Source: Catajapyx aquilonaris
Lineage: Eukaryota
Assembly (NCBI GenBank): GCA_000934665.2
Contig: JYFJ02003001.1
Location: 1 to 47,509, forward strand
Direction of reading: 5' to 3'
Length of the DNA: 47,509 nucleotides
The position numbers were made by a program, and so were the translations under genes. The notes under the pieces were generated by a model, which ran no database searches, was not told the DNA's origin, and worked only from the letters and a program-made list of their open reading frames with translations. This document shows positions 40,219-47,509 of the stretch, one piece after another. Each line of letters begins with the position of its first letter. The stretch's first letter is position 1.

Positions 40219-41814
40219 AGGTTACATGTAACGTCGTAGCGTTTATACTCTACACGCCATATTTTTTCTCATTTTTTCACATAAATATACGTGACCAAAA
40301 GGGCATGCGGGATATAACTTACGCGAAATGGTAATGTTTACTCGATAGCCTACCGGTACGTAATCATTATCTTTGTAATTTTTTTCACGTAAAAATATAC
40401 GTGACGAGTTTAAGATTGCAGTGAAGTTGTTACTGAAAATTTATAATATGATGCTAGGAGAGCAAGTTTGTCTGAACTATACTTTTTGATAGGACGTAAT
40501 CTCACCTCATTCAGCACATGTGCTTCATTTTGTTTAGTTTCTTAATAAATTAATATTTCATGCTAATTGCACCCCTTATGTGGGTATGTAAACATGTGAA
40601 ATGGGGTATTATTGGGTACTCTTTTGGGTATTTAGCTTGCGAAAATTCAGAACACCAGGCATGTGTTGCGATTTTTTATTCTGCTTTAAAAGTTGTAAGT
40701 GCAAGCCACACTTGTTTAAATGATTATTATGCATGATTGCCTTGCATTTCTCGTCAGTGGCCAATTGAAGAACACATCTGATTGTGGGGCATCTTGCTAA
40801 TTAATATAATGACAAATGCCATTTTGATGTGGGTCAATTTGATGATAAATATTTGGAGGGAAGGTAAATTTCTGATATAGGTAGTACACGTACCATTTTA
40901 GAGTTCGCACACGTATGACTGTCACTTTTATCCGCCTAGTTTTATTTAGCATATGGACACTTGCATTGCGAATTAAAATTTGAGGTAGGTCTACTAATTT
41001 CCGAACAGAACCTCCTCTCCCAAAACCCTAAAACCATAAGCAGATATAATATCGCTTATGTAGCAATAAATATAATGAATGGAAAGTAGAGTACTAACCA
41101 CACAGTGCTGTGCTCTTCTAGTCCAAATATCCCAATCTTCTCTAGCCTATTATGCCTATATATTATGCCTATATATGATGCAATCTGCCACAGCGGAATC
41201 ACACTCTATACCTTCCTAGTCTCATTTTTAGCTGCAGCCAAAAGCGCGGGAGTGAATGTGGCATCTTACTTCTTTGGGGTGTTGAAATTCTCCCGTAACA
41301 TTGGGCACCGGAAAATTTCAGTATCATTTGACAGTCTGAAGGACATCTCTTGACAAATTCTGAAGGGCACTGGAAAATCATACAAAACATATATCTTCAA
41401 CTTACGGTATATCTACAACGAAATATTTTTACTCGACATTATGTAATAAATATTTTACGGCAATTTTTCAAAAGCTATACCGACGAGTCTGTTTGATGAG
41501 TGATGACTTGAAGTTTTTATCATTTATAAAGAAGATTTAACACAAATGCCCTTGTCGGAAAAACTCATAATTTGGTCCCTAATATGTGATGTCTGTCAGT
41601 CCTCATAAAGCACATAAGTTAGCTTTCCACTCCGTCACGAAAGAAAAGCAATCATAAGACAAACTGCAGTGCTCCCACTCACTACCTAATAATACGATTA
41701 TAAAATTCACATTCTATGTCATAATAGCTCATATCGCAGGAACGTTACCGACAAAGAAACGCTTCAACAGACAGCTGCAGAAAAATATAATGTGATGCAC
41801 TTGTTTTTCTGCAG

Positions 41815-42022
41815 GGAAAAACACGTCAAGTAGTGGTCAAGGATGCTATACGTAAGGCCTATTATGGTAGTCTATTGCATAAAGAAGCCCAGTGAGTTGT
41901 TCTTATCGCACTTCCGTTGAAACAGTGGACTTGTCAGCATTTCTATCCGCATCTTGATCCTGCTATCCACACTTCCTGAATGTACCACTTACCAGCTATA
42001 AATAGAACCTGCACATTGCTAG
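41815..42022 (+). other. Candidate non-coding 5'-UTR exon of the sulfotransferase
   Basis: Acceptor cttgtttttctgcAG (41813-41814) and donor AG|GTAATT (42023). Splice signals only. Confidence 0.3.
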
Positions 42023-42560
42023 GTAATTCAAAACTTCAAACCTGTTCATTTATAATACTTTATAATTTATTATACGAAATACTTTAGCATATGACGACTA
42101 ATAAGTGTTAAAATATCAATAGACACAGCTTGCTGCAATTCATCAGATCCCGCCATTTTATTGGCACAATATCACTTATTAAATACTGCAGTGTTGTAGT
42201 CAGGAAAACCTGAGAATGGTGTAACCGTGGGTGTAACCGTAACCAGCAATTCGACTTTTATTATACCGGTATATTTACAGTATGTCGATCAGTACGCATA
42301 CCACATTTTAAATACTGTATATTATAGAAGACAAATCAAAGTTTTCTTCGTCAGTACTGACTATCGAATCTTCCAAATATCTGTTTCTTCTACTGTATTT
42401 TTATTTCTGGAAAAGATACGTACAAATTCTTCCATCGCTCTAAAAATCGGTATAAAGGTGCATGTGAGGCAATAAGCACTATATTGATAATTATGTCCAG
42501 GCAATAGGAACACATTTGACAAGTTATAAACCGGCTGAATATTCTGTTTTGTTTACATAG

Positions 42561-42674
42561 GAAAGTCTCGCAATAGGCAAACTGCTTTGAATTCGTCTAT
42601 AACTGGGCAGTCGAATAGCAACTGAGCAAGCGCAGTGCTTCGAGTTTCAATGTCACACAGAGCTGTAACATAGC
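42561..42674 (+). other. 5'-UTR portion of the first coding exon
   Basis: Acceptor-like ttctgttttgtttacatAG at 42559-42560 upstream of the ATG suggests a spliced 5' UTR. Confidence 0.5.
42650..42673 (+). promoter_or_regulatory. Short upstream ORF (MSHRAVT*) in the putative 5' UTR
   Basis: ATG TCA CAC AGA GCT GTA ACA TAG ends 1 nt before the main ATG at 42675; weak context (tcaATGt). Confidence 0.4.
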
Positions 42675-42840
42675 ATGGGGCCACTGTGTCGAGAAAATTC
42701 TCTTCCTCAACATCCATCTGTTCATATGCGCGGGAAAAAACTCATGAAGCACTGGAAATTTGTGTTTGTTGGAACAGCCCTCATTCTTATCGTGGGATTT
42801 TATTCATATGCTGACTTTCCGACTGACTTCAGCATACCTG
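42675..42840 (+). CDS. Carbohydrate sulfotransferase (CHST1/4/5-like), coding exon 1: cytoplasmic tail + signal-anchor TM
   Basis: ATG in strong context (agcATGg). Encodes MGPLCRENS...MRGKKLMKH-WKFVFVGTALILIVGFYSYA-DFPTDFSIP: basic residues then a hydrophobic span, typical of type II Golgi enzymes. Ends at CCTG|GTAAGT donor (42841); 166 nt gives phase 1, which matches the phase-1 acceptor at 45226. Confidence 0.8.
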
Positions 42841-43927
42841 GTAAGTTATCCCGTATACAGTATTACCAGTTACCGGCACCTTTTCAAACGTGTCAAAAAT
42901 ATGCATAACTTTTATAAACCACGCACTCATGCAGCTATAGTACAGCGTTATAAGACTCAATAATGAATAATGCAAGTAATACAGTATAGCATCAAACACT
43001 GAGGTTAAGTAGATTACATGTTTGTCATGCATTAGGATTAATAAATAATCTGTGTTGTGGACAGGTTGTGGATGTCCTCTTAACGATCTGACCTAGTCTG
43101 GAATGAATTTAAATTGATATTCGACGGAACAATTCGCACTTGTTGTAACGCATCATCCTGTCACAGCCTGCAATCAACATGTTACGTGATCAACTGCATG
43201 TCAATATTTTAGGAAACGTATCCTCCGGTCAACTTACACGCACGTACTGTACGTTTCTTTTGGTCCAGTGTTCATGAAGATATTGTTTCTTATGCCAGTA
43301 AGAAATCGATACAGCACTGTCCTGTGCACTCATACATAATCAAATAAATGATCAATCAATATGGCAGCGAACAGTTTTAGCTTTTGAAGCCACATGTCCG
43401 GTTGTCAAGGCACCATCAGCGTGGAGTTCAATAAGCTCCAGGTGATAACGACTACCACGAGGAAGTGGTGGAGGAAATAATGTATAAGATTTCCGACACT
43501 TATGATTATTATCTTCTATTACAGAATAATACTCTTAATATGCGGTATCCTAAAATAAAAGGCACCGGATTCCATGAATGAATCAACCAATTCAGCAGCT
43601 CATAAACAATTCGGGTTGTGCTTTTGCATTAGTCTCACCATGATGCGGCATAATTATCGATAACCCTATTTACCACTTGATCAATGCGACCGCATTCACA
43701 GGCATGTAAATATTGCAAGGGAGAGTGGGTCACACTCCGATACGCCTCCCCAATTATTTATATATTGTTGACATGTGATGGCCACCTATGCACGAAAGAG
43801 GAAGGGTGTCCAATTGACTGATTATGGTGTTCGTGTTTAATACCTATGTAAAGTACGGCAGCCTGGCGAAATGAATAGCATACTATCTAAATTGCTAAAC
43901 AATAACAGGCCGAAATGAACACTATAA

Positions 43928-44041
43928 CCTTCTGAGACCCGGAGTACAGTATACTGTACCTTTTTTTTAACGCGCTTGAGTTAGTCAGAAGGTGCTGGAA
44001 AAAACAAAGGTACAGTATACTGTACCAGGGGTATCAGGAGG
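43928..44041. mobile_element. piggyBac-like MITE in intron 1, 114 bp, ATAA target duplication
   Basis: ATAA|CCTTCTGAGACCC...GGGTATCAGGAGG|ATAA; imperfect ~40-bp arms, each containing the palindrome GTACAGTATACTGTAC (43944-43959; 44010-44025). Confidence 0.7.
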
Positions 44042-44631
44042 ATAAAAGTGCAAGTCGGAACAAAAAATACTGTTAGTTTTCTTGATGTGTGGCGACGAAG
44101 TTGTAGCCAGAAAGAGAAGTAACATCTGATTTATGAATGACAATAGATTCCCTTTGAACCGTCAAAATCAATTCGGTGTTCCGAAACAAAATGAATGTGA
44201 TTTTTGACCGAGCACATGATGGCCGTTAGTTTTCACAATCCAGGAAAATTTCAATCATATACTATCCTTCCGGAGTCTGGTCAAAAACAGTTCCTGAATA
44301 ACTTAATACTCAGATGTACACAGCAAAGTCTAAAGTCAACAAATCGATTCAGTTCCAGTCTGACTTGCAGAAGGACGAAGTATGCGTTATAAGGGTCAAT
44401 ATTCGATAAAGGTACAATATGTTGTATCAGTAGCAGTGCGCAGCAAATGGTAACTGAAATACTTATAGAGTGCCATATTTTGTGTTTTAAGCACAGGGCA
44501 GTACTACATCAACTATGAATATTCTGAAATGTCATCACATTTCACCTGACATTTTCCAAGTAAACAATTTTACTGTCATCAGCGTTGCAGCCGATTTAAA
44601 CAATTCGCAATTCGTATGTGTTGAAATTTTA

Positions 44632-44747
44632 GGGTGGAATTTTCGTCGCACTGCTAGTTACTGCTAACTTATCAGTACCAGCACTTAGCACTACACCATG
44701 GTACTGCTAAGTTAGCAGTAACTAGCAGTACGACGAAAATTCCACCC
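44632..44747. mobile_element. PIF/Harbinger (Tourist-like) MITE in intron 1, 116 bp
   Basis: TTA|GGGTGGAATTTTCGTCG...CGACGAAAATTCCACCC|TTA: 3-bp TTA duplication, GGG/CCC termini, 49-bp arms (44632-44680 / 44699-44747) with 2 mismatches, 18-nt spacer. Confidence 0.85.
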
Positions 44748-45225
44748 TTAATTTTTACAATACTGTATAAATATTGCAAACATACTTCCCACACCTTCAA
44801 AAAGTGGGCAAAAAGTAAATAACCATCCGGCCTCGTAATTTTACACATTTGCGAGTATAAAGAGTTTTAAGATAATTGCAGACCTATATACCGCAACGAA
44901 TGGGTTATTTCCATTACACTGCGCCTTTATAGACATTCAATATTGACAATAGACTCACTTGAATATGGTATTAATATTAAAGAATGAATAACACTCTAAA
45001 TGGATGGGATGCGGTACTATTTTCGATGCTGCATCGTTTCTGTCGCCATATTGTGATCCGGTAATTTGACGCCATGATAAACTTATTTAAAACTTGCAAA
45101 CGTGTAAACGTATGAAGATGTTAATTTTATTCCCATATTGTGAAGGTCTGGGAAGTACGTTCGTCGTACGTCGTAGTTCTATAACCTTATATCAGTAATA
45201 ACAAAGAACTTTTTCTATACCAAAG

Positions 45226-45821
45226 GTGCAACAGTACAGCAGGGAAGAGATTCCAACAATGCACCATGGGACTTAAATGGCTTGAAGACAACTGCAGGCT
45301 CAACAGTCATGTACAGCCAAACAGATTTGCCCACAGAGTCAATTGACAAATTCCTTGCTGAGTTGCAGACTGATCCACCAGCCTTGACTGCCCCTCCAAC
45401 AGAGGAGGAGCGCCAGAGCCTGATCCTAGCTGGCCAAATAGCCAAGGCAGAACTGTCGGTGCTGTCCCCTGTACCTCACGCTCGATCTGTTGTAATAGTC
45501 ACCACATGGAGAAGTGGATCCACCTTCCTTGGGGAGCTCTTGACCACATTTCCTGCCACCTTCTACCACTACGAGCCATTTATGAGGTTTGGATTTGATG
45601 ACTTAGTGAAGGAAAAGTCAAATGTGAGGCAAGCTGTGAAAGACCTACGCAATCTGCTCCTTTGTGACTACAGTCACTTGGATGGGTATCTGAACCATGC
45701 CCAGTTGGAGCCTGACATATTTGAGAGAAATGTGAGACTCAATAGAGTGTGCACAGACAGGGAGAGGTTTTGTCACATGGCTCGCTTTCTCACCAATGCT
45801 TGCTCTCTGCATCCTTACCAG
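45226..45821 (+). CDS. Carbohydrate sulfotransferase, coding exon 2: stem + 5'-PAPS-binding motif
   Basis: Acceptor ttttctataccaaAG|GT (45225/45226), in frame with ORF 45282+. Contains VVIVTTWRSGSTFLGELL (5'-PSB motif), FYHYEP and LRNLLLCDY, characteristic of the GlcNAc/Gal-6-O-sulfotransferase family. Ends at CAG|GTGAGT donor (45822), phase 0. Confidence 0.92.
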
Positions 45822-45831
45822 GTGAGTTATA

Positions 45832-45920
45832 TAGGGTGTTTCAAAACTCCTATAAGAAACTTTACAGGCTTATTTTACACCTCACAACTAACGAAAAAGT
45901 AGTCTTCATAAACATGGGTG
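45832..45920 (+). mobile_element. Degenerate Tc1/mariner-like terminal sequence at the start of intron 2
   Basis: TA|TAGGGTGTTTCAAAA...AAACTTT...TTTTACAC...TTCATAAACATGGGT resembles TA|CAGGGTG-type termini common in arthropod Tc1/mariner elements. No partner TIR found. Confidence 0.45.
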
Positions 45921-46196
45921 TGTAAAAATGGCTGTTTCATGGCCCCATTAATTTTATAATTCTATAGTCTAAACGCTGTAACATTGAAACTTGTAGGGTC
46001 CATGCAATAATGGATGTAATGAGTCAAAGGGTGGCCTGCATACTTGAAGCCATATGGGACCAACGATTGCAAAGATTGCAACGAATATTAATCTGGTTAC
46101 TTAATACATTCTTTCAGGCAGAATAAGTAAGGGCACAAGAGTGAACACTCTAAATGAATAATGCTGTGTATGTCAACGTTGCTAATAATCTATAAA

Positions 46197-46275
46197 TGAA
46201 GGGTCGCCCCGAATAATGTTGTAAGTGACATGGGTTACAATAATCACTTACAACATTATTCGGGGCGACCCTTCA
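46197..46275. mobile_element. Foldback MITE-like element in intron 2 (possibly mariner-type termini)
   Basis: Perfect 32-bp inverted repeat tgaagggtcgccccgaataatgttgtaagtga (46197-46228) / 46244-46275 with a 15-nt spacer. The superfamily call is tentative. Confidence 0.8.
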
Positions 46276-46699
46276 AATATCAAGATGAAGTTATTTATAA
46301 TGGCATCATCTTCGTGAACTTTTACATGCATGTGTGGAAAGGTGATTGGTTGGAGTTTTGTGGGGGGGGGGGGGGGGGAGGANCAACAATGGCTATACGC
46401 TGCTCCATGTGAAAGGTGGCATTTAAACGAAATAGCAATGTTAAATTTTTTATCTAACTCACGTTCTTGACAACTCTGAATACATGGTATAAGTGTCGTA
46501 TTTATTCCTATATATTCAAGTCCATAACAATACGATATATCAGTGGTAAATGTTTGTCGAATATTAATAAATTTGAATAAATAATTGCAACTTCAAAGTC
46601 AATTGTCAACTGGTGTTGCAATCTTACAGTTGAAAAATTACACAGCATAGGCCTATACTAGCAAGATGGCCAAGACTCAATTGCTAACTTCTCCTGCAG

Positions 46700-47269
46700 G
46701 TGGTGAAAGAAGTGCGACTTCGACTTGATCTAGTGTCAACCCTCCTTAACGACCAAGACCTGAGACACAAGCTTCGTCTGGTGCTACTGGTTCGAGACCC
46801 ACGTGGAACTGTAAACTCAAGACTGAATCATGTGGAGTGGTGCACCTGGCCAGTATGCAGTGACCCGGCCATCCTCTGCTCAGACCTTGCACATGATTTC
46901 AACACTGCCATTGATCTGCACAAGAAATACCCAGGAAGTGTATATGTGTTAAGATTCGAGGACCTTGCTAGAAAGCCAATGGCCACAGCATCCAAACTGT
47001 TCCACTTCTTGGGACTTCCCCTGACTACTGGTGTGACTGAGTATATAGAGGCACACACAGGCAAGGAGGAGAGCAGCCCATGGACCACCACCAGAAAGTC
47101 ATGGACCAGGGTGGCTATCTGGAGGCACAAAATGGCCTTTGAGGAAGTGCAGAGGGTACAGAAAGCATGCAATGCCACCATGGCTGCACTGGGGTACAGA
47201 ATATTTCTGAACAGGAAGAGTTTGCACAAAGGAAGCACCATCCTTCCATTCAGGTTTCCACCCAAATAA
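46700..47269 (+). CDS. Carbohydrate sulfotransferase, coding exon 3: 3'-PAPS-binding motif and C-terminus
   Basis: Acceptor ctaacttctcctgcAG|GTG with CTAAC branch-like motif, phase 0. Encodes VVKEVRL, LVLLVRDPRGTVNSR (3'-PB motif), LRFEDLA and W...VQKAC..TMAALGY. TAA stop at 47267-47269. Confidence 0.93.
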   Translation: MVKEVRLRLDLVSTLLNDQDLRHKLRLVLLVRDPRGTVNSRLNHVEWCTWPVCSDPAILCSDLAHDFNTAIDLHKKYPGSVYVLRFEDLARKPMATASKLFHFLGLPLTTGVTEYIEAHTGKEESSPWTTTRKSWTRVAIWRHKMAFEEVQRVQKACNATMAALGYRIFLNRKSLHKGSTILPFRFPPK

Positions 47270-47270
47270 A
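47265..47270 (+). promoter_or_regulatory. AATAAA polyadenylation-signal candidate overlapping the stop codon
   Basis: CCC AAA TAA A contains AATAAA at 47265-47270; usage not demonstrated. Confidence 0.35.
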
Positions 47271-47287
47271 GAAAATTCCTGGTGTAT

Positions 47288-47388
47288 CTATATCGCTCAA
47301 AAACATAGAGACGATTTTGCATTTGATTCAAGTGCAGCCTGCACTTGAGTCAAATGCAAAATCGTCTCTATGTATTTGAGCGATATAG
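47288..47388. repeat. 101-nt near-perfect palindrome (foldback/MITE-like) just 3' of the stop codon
   Basis: 50-bp arms 47288-47337 (ctatatcgctcaaaaacatagagacgattttgcatttgattcaagtgcag) and 47339-47388 are reverse complements with 2 mismatches and a 1-nt centre. Confidence 0.92.
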
Positions 47389-47509
47389 TACGTACTGTTA
47401 CCCCAAATTAGCCGCCTAGGCAAGCAACATTTTTCATAAGAAAACTGCACTTTATGCGGAGAACACCAAACTTGGCATACATCATGTCCACACCTATTGT
47501 CAACGTTTA

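Noticed and set aside
43381..43441. Possible extra internal coding exon (ttttAG...AG|GTGATA)
   Set aside because: 61 nt would break the phase between exons 1 and 2, and the splice signals are weak.
43655..43662. DRE motif TATCGATA
   Set aside because: A single intronic 8-mer is expected by chance, with no promoter context.
45822..45902. C-terminal extension of ORF 45282..45902 (VSYIGCFK...)
   Set aside because: Read-through past the GTGAGT donor into intron and transposon-like sequence.
46828..47331. 167-aa minus-strand ORF
   Set aside because: Antisense shadow of sulfotransferase exon 3; no independent motif.

Overview
Eukaryotic (probably invertebrate, arthropod-like; inferred from gene and repeat style) genomic window. 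One well-supported protein-coding gene lies at the right end on the + strand: a Golgi-type carbohydrate sulfotransferase (CHST1/4/5-like) with three coding exons, join(42675..42840,45226..45821,46700..47269). The exons total 1332 nt (443 aa + stop), both introns are GT-AG and phase-consistent, and the protein has an N-terminal signal anchor and both PAPS-binding motifs. The first ~41 kb contain no convincing coding exon except possibly an exon fragment running off the left edge on the - strand. That region is intergenic or intronic DNA with decayed LINE fragments, a tRNA-derived SINE with a 15-bp target-site duplication, small DNA-transposon MITEs, mini/microsatellites and long G/C homopolymers. 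The most striking pattern is four unrelated short foldback elements inside the sulfotransferase locus. One is a 101-nt near-perfect palindrome 19 nt after the stop codon, next to an AATAAA that overlaps the stop. The two catalytic exons are also strongly CpG-depleted. I see no clear evidence for a wholly new biological system; family assignments are by-eye motif recognition and need database confirmation.
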